Origin: an uncultured Acidobacteriota bacterium
GTDB lineage: Bacteria > Acidobacteriota > Thermoanaerobaculia > Multivoradales > UBA5704
NCBI GenBank assembly: GCA_963770895.1
Contig: CAVYRF010000002.1
Coordinates: 1,664,001 to 1,728,000 of the forward strand
DNA length: 64,000 bases
Direction of reading: 5' to 3'
This document shows, piece by piece, positions 53,006 to 61,909 of this stretch (positions are counted from its first letter, which is position 1; every line of letters begins with the position of its first letter). The notes below the pieces were generated by a model. That model worked only from the letters and a program-made list of their open reading frames with translations. It made no database searches and had not been told where the DNA came from. The position numbers and the translations under genes are program-made.

Positions 53006-53269
53006 ATGAGCGAGGTTGCGAACAAGGAGCGAGCGGCGGCGCCCGACCAATGGCCAATTCGCGTCTTTCGCCTGGGCGAAGAGCCTTCTGAGGATCTGAG
53101 CGCGACCACTACGGCGGCGCAGCGGCTGGCCATGATGTGGCCGCTGACCCTGGATGCCTGGGCTGCGGCAGGGCGCTCGATACCGGACTATCCGCGCCAC
53201 CAGGCGCCGATCCGCATCCTGCGAGCCAGCATTCGCCGCCCACCTCCTGCCTCCGGATGCTCGGACTGA
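53006..53269 (+). CDS. Small hypothetical protein, resembles partners of minimal nucleotidyltransferases
   Basis: PIRVFRLGEEP.EDLS.TT.AQRLAMMWPLT.DAW; TATACT 6 nt upstream of the ATG. Confidence 0.6.
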   Translation: MSEVANKERAAAPDQWPIRVFRLGEEPSEDLSATTTAAQRLAMMWPLTLDAWAAAGRSIPDYPRHQAPIRILRASIRRPPPASGCSD

Positions 53270-53322
53270 ACGACGACTTTCGAGACCTCCCTGCGAGCGG
53301 GAGAGTCCTTGTACCAGCCTGA
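53257..53322 (+). pseudogene. Truncated nucleotidyltransferase N-terminus (tentative)
   Basis: MLGLNDDFRDL overlapping the previous stop, followed by unrelated sequence and a stop after 21 codons. Confidence 0.4.
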
Positions 53323-53438
53323 CTCCACAAAGGCCTTGCTGTGACTACGGTGCGCACGCACCCTGCCCGCTCGTGGCCAGATAGCGCAAAGTCGATTCTG
53401 GTAAGGTAGCGGCGGGCTGTTACCGAGGGCTATTCGGC

Positions 53439-54728
53439 GTGGCGAAATGGCGAATTGCGATGTTGGCGGTGCTGGCGTCGGCGGCCCTGGGCGGGGTGCG
53501 GCTGGCGGCGGCGGTGACGCCTTGCGTGGCGGATGGGACGACCCTATGCATCGACGATGCGCCGGGGGATCAGCGGTATCAGCTGCGGGCGACGTACCAG
53601 ACGGCGCAGGGGGGTGGGCTGTCGGGTAACGGGCACGCGGTTTCGCTGGCGCCGGTGGGGTTGAGCGGCGGCGGGGCGTTCTGGTTCTTTGCCGCGAGCA
53701 ACCCGGAGATGCTGGTCAAGGTGCTGAACGGGTGCGGGGTCGACGGGCATCATTGGGTGTTTGCCGCGGCTACCACCAATGTCGGGTTCAGCCTGGTGGT
53801 GACGGATACGTTCACCGGCGCGACGCAGACCTACACCAATGCCGATCTGACGCTGGCGGCGCCGATCCAGGACACGGCGGCATTCGATTGCAGCGACCCC
53901 TGCTCCAACGGCGACCTGGCGACGCATATCGATACCTTCACGGTGGCGCAGGGGAGCCCGTCGCTGGGATCGCCCCAGAGCTTTGCCTGGTCGTTGAGCG
54001 GTGCCGGTCCCTTTACGCAGTCGCTTTCGGGGACCGAGCTGACCGGCGTTTCGTTGGCCGGGAGCGACCGCACCTACAGCTTCAGCCCGCAGGTGTCAGG
54101 GCCGCACACGGCGACGCTGGCGGTGAGCGGACGCTGCGGGTCGGACAGCAAGTCGATCGATTACGACGTGCTCGCGACGTGCACGCCGCCCACCATCGGT
54201 TCCTTCACCGCCACCTACGCCGCGAACGAAAGCGCAGCCTGCGCCGGCGACAGTGTCACGCTGTCGTGGGCGACCGGCGGCTCGGGCGCGGTGTCGATCA
54301 GCCCCGCGATCGGCGCCGTCGCGGCGTCAGGCTCGACCAGCGTCACGGCCAGCGCGCCGACGACCTACACGCTGGCCAAGACCGCGGCCTGCGGCACAGC
54401 CACGGCGACCCTCAACCTGCAGGTGGCCAAGCCGGCGTCCATCCAGTACTTCACGGTCGACGAACCGATCTCCTGCGGGGCTCCGGCGACGTTCCGGTTC
54501 GACATCGAAGGCGACGGCATCCATTGGCAGCTGCTGACCGACACCACGTTCACCTCGCTGTCCGGGACGGGGTCGGGTCCGCAGACCGTCAACTACACCC
54601 CATTTCTGACAGATTGCGGTAGGACCGTCCAGATGATGCTGAGTGCCTGGGGCGCCTGCTACAAGGTCGTCTCTGCCACTGTGCAGGTGACCGTTGGCCC
54701 GTGCGCTCCCAACCAGTGCCTCGACTGA
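53439..54728 (+). CDS. Secreted Cys-containing protein with acidobacterial extracellular domain and Ig-like repeats
   Basis: Signal peptide; PCVADGTTLC, FWFFAASNPEMLVKVLNGC..HHWVFAAATTNV; PPTIGSFTA..VTLSW repeats. Confidence 0.75.
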   Translation: MAKWRIAMLAVLASAALGGVRLAAAVTPCVADGTTLCIDDAPGDQRYQLRATYQTAQGGGLSGNGHAVSLAPVGLSGGGAFWFFAASNPEMLVKVLNGCGVDGHHWVFAAATTNVGFSLVVTDTFTGATQTYTNADLTLAAPIQDTAAFDCSDPCSNGDLATHIDTFTVAQGSPSLGSPQSFAWSLSGAGPFTQSLSGTELTGVSLAGSDRTYSFSPQVSGPHTATLAVSGRCGSDSKSIDYDVLATCTPPTIGSFTATYAANESAACAGDSVTLSWATGGSGAVSISPAIGAVAASGSTSVTASAPTTYTLAKTAACGTATATLNLQVAKPASIQYFTVDEPISCGAPATFRFDIEGDGIHWQLLTDTTFTSLSGTGSGPQTVNYTPFLTDCGRTVQMMLSAWGACYKVVSATVQVTVGPCAPNQCLD

Positions 54729-54749
54729 CCGCCTCGCCTCGCTCGCTGC

Positions 54750-54766
54750 GCAGGATGTCAGCAAAC
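54750..54766 (+). repeat. 17-bp direct repeat, copy 1 (GCAGGATGTCAGCAAAC)
   Basis: Identical to 55969..55985. Confidence 0.8.
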
Positions 54767-54853
54767 GACTCGCGCGCTACCAGGTTTCGATTTTGCAGCC
54801 TCTCGATCTGCGCAGTCCCCGTGATGCTGGTCGCGCCCGAAAGCCAGGTCAGC

Positions 54854-55432
54854 CTATGGGGGATTGGGTGTGTATGCGGTTTCGAATTGGTCGATGGCAT
54901 AGCGCATGTCGGGAGTGAGGGCGTGCTTGTGGTTGGTCTTGTCAGAGAGGAGCTCGAAGCGCTCGATACAGACGACGACGAACCGGTTGGAGTAGGCGTC
55001 GAGGTGGCCGAATCCGCCATGAACGCCGACCAGGACGCCCCGGGCGATGAGGCCGAAGGTGGCGCCGGTGTCGGCTTCGCCCTCGGCGGTCGCCGCGGAG
55101 TCTTCCGGGGCCGATTTGGCCTCGGCTTCGAGCTTCGCTTGGGGGCTGCCGGGGCAGGCGTCGCTGGCGGCCCAGTCGAGCCAGGTGTCGCCCACTTCGG
55201 GGCAGCGCAGTGAGTAGAGCTCCTGCCACTCGAAGCCGACGCGGAAGATGCCGACGACGCGCACCGGCTTGCCGCCGTAGGTCTCCGGCTTGCTCACCAG
55301 GTCGCAGTAGGTGAGGAGCGGCTCCCGGGCCGCCAGGCGGGCGGTCGTCTCGGCGGCCGATTCCGGCGTGACCGGCACGGTCGAGCAGCCAAGACATGCG
55401 GCCAGGAGCAGCACAACGACCCCTCTCTTCAT
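54854..55432 (-). CDS. Hypothetical lipoprotein
   Basis: MKRGVVVLLLAACLGC lipobox-like; YCDLV.KPE.Y.GK.VRV.G OB-fold-like segment. Confidence 0.7.
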   Translation of the reverse strand: MKRGVVVLLLAACLGCSTVPVTPESAAETTARLAAREPLLTYCDLVSKPETYGGKPVRVVGIFRVGFEWQELYSLRCPEVGDTWLDWAASDACPGSPQAKLEAEAKSAPEDSAATAEGEADTGATFGLIARGVLVGVHGGFGHLDAYSNRFVVVCIERFELLSDKTNHKHALTPDMRYAIDQFETAYTPNPP

Positions 55433-55479
55433 CACGGCCTCCCCGGCTCTAACCTGAAGTCGCCTGCAGCCCCAAAAAC

Positions 55480-55957
55480 TGATTATCCCCCGTTTGCCCG
55501 GCAGTGCTGGCGGTGATCTCCTTCGCCTCGACCCGTGCCCGGCAGGATGCCGAAAAGTCCACCTCGAAGCTTTCCAGGGTCTTCCCCTTCTCCTGCTTCG
55601 AGAATGGGGCCTCGCCGTTCTCCACGGCGGCCAGGGCTCGCCGCGCTCTGGCTCGGGCCTGTTCGAGCGTGAAGGGCCGAAGTCCCCGAGTTCGTTCGTG
55701 TGCTGCCGGCCGCGGTGGCGGTAGCGCAGAACCCAGGTTCGCCTGCCGCTGGGCAGAAGCCGCCGCAGCCCAAAGCCCCGCACCTCGCTGTCCCAGAGGA
55801 TCTCGACCCGGAAGACCGGCTTCCCGTGCGCACCCGTGTAGTAGGCCGTGCCGCTATGCCGGGCGGCTTTGCACTGGCGCAGCGTGAGCCGGAAGGCGGT
55901 ACCCTTGGCGCCATGTTGCGGGCTCAGGTCGGTGTCGGTGTCGGTCGTGGAGGTCAT
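55480..55957 (-). pseudogene. Tyrosine integrase arm-DNA-binding domain remnant, frameshifted
   Basis: ILWDSEVRGFGLR..PSGRRTWVLRYR..LGDFG, then a frame switch near 55675 to FTLEQARARARRALAAVENGEAP; no catalytic domain follows. Confidence 0.8.
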
Positions 55958-55968
55958 CTTGAATTTCA

Positions 55969-55985
55969 GCAGGATGTCAGCAAAC
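55969..55985 (+). repeat. 17-bp direct repeat, copy 2
   Basis: Identical to 54750..54766; part of the tandem TTTCAGCA-GGA-TGTCAGCA. Confidence 0.8.
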
Positions 55986-56066
55986 TGACCGGTATCTGAG
56001 CGCGGCGACACGCAAACCGCAATCCGAAATCACGACGCAACAAGCTGGAATAAAAGGGCTTAGCGT

Positions 56067-57080
56067 ATGACCACGAAGAGCATCGTAGGCCAGGGTAAGA
56101 CCGTGCTCGAAATGATCAAGATCGAGCACACGCTGTTCGCGCTGCCGTTTGCGTTCATGGGGATGCTGCTGGCGGCGGGGGGGTGGCCGCGGTGGCGGAC
56201 GGTGGGGTGGATCGTGGTGGCGATGGTGGGGGCGCGGAGTGCGGCGATGGGGTGGAACCGGCTGGCGGACCGGCGGATCGATGCGGCCAACCCGCGGACG
56301 GCGGGGCGGGCGCTGCCGGCGGGGTTGGTGACGCCGCGGTTCGTGGCGCTGTTCGTGGCGGCCAGCGCCGGCCTGCTGCTGGTGGCGGCGTGGCAGTTGA
56401 ACCCGCTGGCGCTGGCACTGGCGCCGGTGGCGCTGGCGGTGCTGCTGGTGTATTCGTACACCAAGCGCTTCACGTGGGCGTCGCATCTGGTGTTGGGGCT
56501 GGCGATGGCGGGCGCGCCGCTCGGCGCCTGGATCGCGGTGCGCGGCGACGTTGCGGCGCCGCCGCTCGTGCTGGCGGCGGCGGTGCTGCTGTGGGGGGCG
56601 GGGTTCGACATCCTGTATGCGCTGCAGGACGTGGAATTCGACCGGCGGACGGGGCTTTTTTCGGTGCCCGCCCGGTTCGGGGTGCGGGGGGCGCTGTGGA
56701 TCTCGGCGCTGCTGCACGCGGCGATGCTGGCGCTGCTCGCCGTGCTGCCGCGGCTCTACCTGGCTGGACCGGCCGGGCTGGCTGGGGCGGCTGGGGCTGT
56801 TGGGCCGGCTGCGACGGCGGGATCGGCGGCGGCGGCAAGCGCGGTGGGGACGGGTGGGGCGGTGGTGGCGGGCGGTACCGCGGCGGCGGTGGCGGGGCAC
56901 GTGGCGCTGGGGGCGGCGTATTGGGTCGGGTGGGCGGGGTGCCTGGCGCTGATTTCGTACCAGCATTGGGTGGTGCGGCCGCGCGACCTGTCGCGGCTGG
57001 ATGCCGCCTTCTTTCAGGCCAACGGCGCTCTGGCGGCGTGGCTCTTTGCCGCGACCGCTGTTGCTATACTGTGGCGCTGA
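56067..57080 (+). CDS. UbiA-family prenyltransferase (futalosine pathway MqnP-like)
   Basis: EMIKIEHTLFALPFA, NRLADRRIDAANPRT, YSYTKRF, FDILYALQD; next to mqnE. Confidence 0.9.
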   Translation: MTTKSIVGQGKTVLEMIKIEHTLFALPFAFMGMLLAAGGWPRWRTVGWIVVAMVGARSAAMGWNRLADRRIDAANPRTAGRALPAGLVTPRFVALFVAASAGLLLVAAWQLNPLALALAPVALAVLLVYSYTKRFTWASHLVLGLAMAGAPLGAWIAVRGDVAAPPLVLAAAVLLWGAGFDILYALQDVEFDRRTGLFSVPARFGVRGALWISALLHAAMLALLAVLPRLYLAGPAGLAGAAGAVGPAATAGSAAAASAVGTGGAVVAGGTAAAVAGHVALGAAYWVGWAGCLALISYQHWVVRPRDLSRLDAAFFQANGALAAWLFAATAVAILWR

Positions 57081-57092
57081 GGGGGTGTACGG

Positions 57093-58244
57093 ATGGCGGC
57101 GACCAGGCAGGTGTGGCAACCGATTCCGGCGATCGACGCGGACGCCTTTCCGGCGGCGCTGCAGGGGATCGCCGCCAAGGTGCGGGACGGAATGCGGTTG
57201 GATGGGGCGGAGGCCTTGACCTGCCTGACCACGCCGCACCTGCTGCACCTGGGGCGTCTGGCCGATGCGGTGCGGCGCCAGCTCAACGGCAACGTCACCT
57301 ACTTCAACATCAACCGGCACATCAACCCCACCAACGTCTGCGTCTACACGTACAACTGCAAGTTCTGCAGCTTCGCGGCGCTCAAGGGCGAGCCGCACGC
57401 GTGGCAGATGAGCCACGAAGACGTCTACGCCCATGCCCGCGACCAGGGCGGCAACCAGGTCACTGAATTTCACATCGTCGGCGGTCTGCACCCCGACCTG
57501 TCGCTCGACTGGTACCTGGAGATGCTGCGCGGGCTCAAGGAGCGCTTCCCCCAGGCGCACCTCAAGGCGTTCACCGCCATTGAGGTTGGTTGGTTCGCCA
57601 AGCGCGAAAAGCTGTCGATCGAAGAGGTGCTGCGGCGCATGCGCGACGCCGGCCTGGGATCGCTGCCGGGGGGCGGCGCCGAAATCTTCCACGAAGAGGT
57701 GCGCCAGATCATCTGCGACGGCAAGCTGGACGCCGGCGAATGGCTGGAGGTGCACCGCGTCGCCCACCGCATGGGCATCAAGAGCAATTGCACCATGCTC
57801 TACGGCCACGTGGAGCAGCCGCACCACAAGGTGGACCACCTGCTGCGGCTGCGCGACCTGCAGGACGAGACCGGCGGGTTCAACGCCTTCATCCCCCTGG
57901 CCTACCACCCCGAAAACAACTACATGGGCCTTAAGTACCACACGACCGGCAACGACGACCTGCGCCACATCGCCACGGCGCGGTTGGTGCTGGACAACAT
58001 CCCCCACATCAAGGCCTATTGGGTGATGGTGACGCCCAAGCTGGCGCAGGTTGCGCTGCGCTTCGGCGCCGACGACATGGACGGCACGATCGTCGAAGAG
58101 AAGATCTACCACATGGCGGGCGCCGGCACCGCCCAGCACCTCAGCCGGCCCGAGCTGGAACGCATCGTGCGCGAAGCGGGATTCGTGCCCGTCGAGCGCG
58201 ACACGCTGTACAACCCTGTACAGCCGGTGGCTGCCGCGGTTTGA
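57093..58244 (+). CDS. mqnE: Aminofutalosine synthase (radical SAM)
   Basis: NRHINPTNVC..NCKFC, HIVGGLHP, PGGGAEIF, HIKAYW, EEKIYHMAG. Confidence 0.9.
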   Translation: MAATRQVWQPIPAIDADAFPAALQGIAAKVRDGMRLDGAEALTCLTTPHLLHLGRLADAVRRQLNGNVTYFNINRHINPTNVCVYTYNCKFCSFAALKGEPHAWQMSHEDVYAHARDQGGNQVTEFHIVGGLHPDLSLDWYLEMLRGLKERFPQAHLKAFTAIEVGWFAKREKLSIEEVLRRMRDAGLGSLPGGGAEIFHEEVRQIICDGKLDAGEWLEVHRVAHRMGIKSNCTMLYGHVEQPHHKVDHLLRLRDLQDETGGFNAFIPLAYHPENNYMGLKYHTTGNDDLRHIATARLVLDNIPHIKAYWVMVTPKLAQVALRFGADDMDGTIVEEKIYHMAGAGTAQHLSRPELERIVREAGFVPVERDTLYNPVQPVAAAV

Positions 58245-58900
58245 GCCCTACCGCGCCGGTCACCCTGGGCTTCCACTACCTGGCGGTGGACGGACCCATC
58301 GGGGTCGGCAAGACGACCCTGGTGGAGATGCTGACCCGCCACTTCGAGGGGGTGAAGATCCTCGAAGACGTGGACAATCCGTTCCTCTCCGACTTCTATC
58401 AGGACCGGCCGGGGGCCTCGTTCCAGACCGAGCTGTATTTCCTGCTGTCGCGCTTCAAGCAGCAGCGCGAGATCGCGCAGCGCGGCCTGTTCGACCGCCT
58501 GCTGGTGTCCGACTACACGTTCCAGAAGAATCGCATCTTCGCCTACCTCAACCTCTCCGACGACGAGCTGATGCTGTTCGACAAGCTGTACGCCCTGCTC
58601 GAACCGCAGGTGCCGGTGCCCGACCTGGTGCTGTACCTGGTGGCCGACGTGGGCACCTGCATGGACCGAATCCGCAAGCGGGCGCGCAACGTCGAGAAGA
58701 TGATCTCGCAGGAATACCTGGCGGAGTTGATCGACGCCTACAATCACTACTATCATTACTACACGCGGTCCCCGCTGCTGGTGGTGGATACCAGGCATCT
58801 GGACTTCCCCCAGCGCCCCGAAGACTTCGACGAGCTGCTGTATCGCCTGGCGAAGCCGATGAAGGGGACCGAATATTTTCAGCCGCTTGGATCCCACTAG
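58241..58900 (+). CDS. Deoxynucleoside kinase
   Basis: DGPIGVGKTT, NPFLSDFY, FLLSRF, PDLVLYL; TTG start overlapping mqnE stop. Confidence 0.9.
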   Translation: MSPTAPVTLGFHYLAVDGPIGVGKTTLVEMLTRHFEGVKILEDVDNPFLSDFYQDRPGASFQTELYFLLSRFKQQREIAQRGLFDRLLVSDYTFQKNRIFAYLNLSDDELMLFDKLYALLEPQVPVPDLVLYLVADVGTCMDRIRKRARNVEKMISQEYLAELIDAYNHYYHYYTRSPLLVVDTRHLDFPQRPEDFDELLYRLAKPMKGTEYFQPLGSH

Positions 58901-58911
58901 CACCTCGCGCG

Positions 58912-59044
58912 GCGAGGTGCCAGGGACCGAGACGGGAGACCTCCAGCGCCGGCCGCCCGACCCTTAGGGGGCATGGGCGGCGCGGGCACCGGTCGGAACC
59001 AGGGCTTGATCCCGCGGTGGTTGCACCAGGGACAGGCACCTCGC
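58912..59044 (+). ncRNA. Structured panB leader, possibly pan RNA motif-like
   Basis: GCGAGGTGCC/GGCACCTCGC closing stem; internal hairpin GCTTGATCCC..GGGACAGGC with a bulged A; upstream of panB. Confidence 0.45.
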
Positions 59045-59171
59045 GGCCCTTACCGTGGCATGGCGCCTCGCGCGCCGGCGCCACCGTGACGGGTCGCCTC
59101 CGCCGACCGCGCCCGTGAGCGAGCGGGAGCGCGACCTGTTGCGCGCGCCTCCGTTCCCGACCGCCGCACCG

Positions 59172-59212
59172 AGCCCTTCCGTCTTCCAGGCGGAGGGGCT
59201 TTTGGTTTTTTT
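59172..59212 (+). terminator. Intrinsic terminator immediately upstream of panB (attenuator)
   Basis: AGCCCTTCCGTC-TTCCA-GGCGGAGGGGCT hairpin followed by TTTGGTTTTTTT. Confidence 0.8.
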
Positions 59213-59231
59213 CGGCGAAAGGAGCCATCCG

Positions 59232-60092
59232 ATGAGCCCGAAAGCGGAGGTCAAGAGCATCACCGTACCGTGGGTCGCGGCCGCCCGCGAGCGAGCCGAA
59301 CCGCTGGTCATGGTCACCGCCTACGACTGCCCGATGGGCAGGACGGCCGACGCGGCGGGCGCCGACATCGTGCTGGTCGGCGACTCGCTGGCGATGGTCG
59401 TGTTGGGCTACCCGGACACCCTTTCGGTCACCATGGACGAAATGCTGCACCACGCCCGCGCCGTGCGCCGGGGGGTGCGGCGCGCCCTGCTGGTCGCCGA
59501 CATGCCCTACGGGTCCTTCCACCTGGGGCGCGAGCAGGCGGTTGCCAACGCCGTCCGCTTCGTCAAGGAAGCCGGCGCCCAGGCAGTCAAGATCGAGGGC
59601 GCGCGGGGCGAGGTGGTGGCGGCGCTGGTGGCCGCCGAGGTGCCGGTCATGGCCCACCTGGGCCTCACCCCCCAATCCGTCCACCGCCTGGGCGGCTTCA
59701 AGGTGCAGGGCCGCGAAGAGGCGGCGAGGCGGGCGATCGTCGACGCGGCGCTGGACATGGAGGCGGCGGGCGCCTTCAGCCTGGTCCTCGAATGCGTGCC
59801 GAGCGACCTGGCGGCGGAGATCACCAGCCGCGTGACCATCCCCACCATCGGCATCGGCGCCGGTCCGATGTGCAGCGGTCAGGTGCTGGTCTACCACGAC
59901 CTGCTGGGGCTCGAAGAGCGCATCGCGCCGCGCTTCGTGCGCCGCTACGCCGAGCTGGGCCGGGAATCCCGCGAAGCCATCGAGCGCTTCGCCGCCGACG
60001 TCCGCGGCGGCCGCTTTCCGGCGCCCGAAGAGGGCTACGGCAGCGGTCCCCGGCCGGCGGCGGGCGACTCCTTGCAGAAGCTCTACGGGTAG
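59232..60092 (+). CDS. panB: 3-methyl-2-oxobutanoate hydroxymethyltransferase
   Basis: MVTAYD, LVGDSL, ADMPYGS, VKIEG, HLGLTPQ, IGIGAG. Confidence 0.97.
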   Translation: MSPKAEVKSITVPWVAAARERAEPLVMVTAYDCPMGRTADAAGADIVLVGDSLAMVVLGYPDTLSVTMDEMLHHARAVRRGVRRALLVADMPYGSFHLGREQAVANAVRFVKEAGAQAVKIEGARGEVVAALVAAEVPVMAHLGLTPQSVHRLGGFKVQGREEAARRAIVDAALDMEAAGAFSLVLECVPSDLAAEITSRVTIPTIGIGAGPMCSGQVLVYHDLLGLEERIAPRFVRRYAELGRESREAIERFAADVRGGRFPAPEEGYGSGPRPAAGDSLQKLYG

Positions 60093-60100
60093 CCGCGGGC

Positions 60101-60958
60101 GTGCTGCGCGCGAGAGATGCGGCATCGCTGCGGCAGAGCCTTGCCGCCTGGCGGAGTCAGGGGGACACCGTTGCCTTCGTGCCCACCATGGGGGCGCTGC
60201 ACGAGGGACACCTGTCCCTGCTGCGCCTGGCCCGCGCCCGCGCCCGGCGGGTGGTGGTCTCGGTCTTCGTCAACCCCACCCAGTTCGGGCCGGGCGAGGG
60301 CTTCGACCTCTATCCGCGCCAGCTGGGCAGCGACGTCGCCATGTTGGAGGCGGAAGGGTGCGACCTGCTGTTCGCCCCGGACGCCGAAACCCTCTACCCG
60401 GCCGGTCACGCCACCTGGGTCGAGCCGGCCGGCCCCGCGCTGGGGCTGGAAGGCGAGCGGCGGCCAGGCCACTTCCGCGGCGTCGCCACCGTGGTCTGCG
60501 CGCTGCTCAACCTGGTGCGGCCCGACGCCGCGGTGTTCGGCGACAAGGACGCGCAGCAGGTGGCCGTGGTGCGGCGGCTGGTGCGCGACCTTCATCTCGA
60601 CGTCGAGATCGTCGCCGGACCGACCATCCGCGCCGCGGACGGCCTGGCGATGTCGTCGCGCAACGCCCTGCTGTCCGCCGAAGAGCGCCGCGCAGCGGTG
60701 GTGCTCCACCAGGCGCTGGCCGCGGCGGCGGCGGCGATCGCCGCCGGTGAGCGCCAGGCCGACCCGCTCCGCCAGCGGATGCGCCAGGTGGTCGAACGCG
60801 AGCCGCTGGCGCGCCTGGATTACGCCGAGGTGGTGGACGCAGACACCTTTCAGCCGCTGGCGGCCCTCGCCGCCTCCGCCCGGATCGTGCTACCGATCGC
60901 CGCGCGCCTCGGCAAGACCCGGCTCATCGACAACTTCCAGCTGGCGGTCGAGCCTTGA
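60101..60958 (+). CDS. panC: Pantoate-beta-alanine ligase
   Basis: FVPTMGALHEGH, FVNPTQF, RPGHFRGV, DGLAMSSRN, RLIDN. Confidence 0.97.
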   Translation: MLRARDAASLRQSLAAWRSQGDTVAFVPTMGALHEGHLSLLRLARARARRVVVSVFVNPTQFGPGEGFDLYPRQLGSDVAMLEAEGCDLLFAPDAETLYPAGHATWVEPAGPALGLEGERRPGHFRGVATVVCALLNLVRPDAAVFGDKDAQQVAVVRRLVRDLHLDVEIVAGPTIRAADGLAMSSRNALLSAEERRAAVVLHQALAAAAAAIAAGERQADPLRQRMRQVVEREPLARLDYAEVVDADTFQPLAALAASARIVLPIAARLGKTRLIDNFQLAVEP

Positions 60959-61096
60959 TGTAGACGCCGGTCTGCAACCCAACCCGGCAGGCGCCGCGTC
61001 GCATCGCGCCCGGCGTGGCGCCCGCGGTGGCGCCGGCGCAGGTGGAGGTGGCGGCGCCCGCTGCCGCGACGGCTTGAAGCGCCCGCCCGTCTAGCG

Positions 61097-61257
61097 AGTG
61101 TCCCGCCCGGTTAATTCGCATAGTAGTCGCTTGCCCTCCGGCCCCCTGCCGGCGTTCCGCCTCCTCGACATACGTTCGACTATGCCTGCGTCGGCGCGCC
61201 TTGCCAGAGGACCGGATTGCAGCGCGACTACCATGCGAATTAACCGGGCGGGCCACT
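61097..61257. mobile_element. MITE-like long hairpin, copy 2
   Basis: 34-bp terminal inverted repeats (AGTGTCCCGCCCGGTTAATTCGCATAGTAGTCGC, 2 mismatches); core is the reverse complement of the copy 1 core. Confidence 0.8.
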
Positions 61258-61264
61258 GGCGGGA

Positions 61265-61909
61265 TCAGGCGGCCAGGTGGCGGTGGGCCTGCGCCAGGTC
61301 GTGTTGCAGCTGGAGACGCGCTTCCTGGCGCCGGGCGGCGTCGGGCATCCGCAGCACCGCCGAGGGGTGGACGGTGGGCGTGATCCAGGCGCCCCACCGA
61401 CTGTCGAAAAACTGCCCGCGGTCGCGCGTGACGCGCGCCTTGTTGCCCAGCAGCGCCTGGCAGGCGGTGGCGCCCAGGCAGACGATGCCGCGCGGCTTCA
61501 CCAGCCGGATCTCCACCTCCAGCCACGGCCGGCAGGCCTTCACTTCGCCCTGGCCTGGCTGCTTGTGCAACCGCGTCTTGCCGCGCTGCTCCCACTTGAA
61601 GTGCTTGACCGCGTTGGTCACGTACACCGTGTCGCGGGCGATGCCGGCGGCCGCCAGCAGCTGATCGAGCAGCTGCCCGGCCGGGCCGACAAACGGCGCC
61701 CCCGCCCGATCCTCCTTGTCGCCTGGCTGCTCCCCCACCAGCATCAACGCCGCGGCCCCCGGCCCCGCCCCCATCACCACCTGCGTCGCATGCTTGTACA
61801 GGTCGCAAGCCGTGCACCCCTGGGCGGCCCGCGCCAGCCCCGGCAGCGTCGGCGCCTCAGGAATGAAGCGCCAAGCGGCGGAATCGTCCCTGCGTGCCGT
61901 ACCAGCCAT
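61265..61909 (-). CDS. udgX: UdgX-family uracil-DNA binding protein
   Basis: CTACDLY, GEQPGD, TNAVKHFKWEQRGKTRLHK R-loop, TVHPSAVLR. Confidence 0.88.
   Translation of the reverse strand: MAGTARRDDSAAWRFIPEAPTLPGLARAAQGCTACDLYKHATQVVMGAGPGAAALMLVGEQPGDKEDRAGAPFVGPAGQLLDQLLAAAGIARDTVYVTNAVKHFKWEQRGKTRLHKQPGQGEVKACRPWLEVEIRLVKPRGIVCLGATACQALLGNKARVTRDRGQFFDSRWGAWITPTVHPSAVLRMPDAARRQEARLQLQHDLAQAHRHLAA

Noticed and set aside
54854-56011. 385-aa integrase-lipoprotein fusion
   Set aside because: Produced by the frameshift in the integrase remnant running into the lipoprotein frame; the lipoprotein has its own start at 55432
58912-59044. 6S RNA
   Set aside because: The paired region is only about 130 nt with no clear central bubble; its position before a terminator and panB fits a cis-leader better
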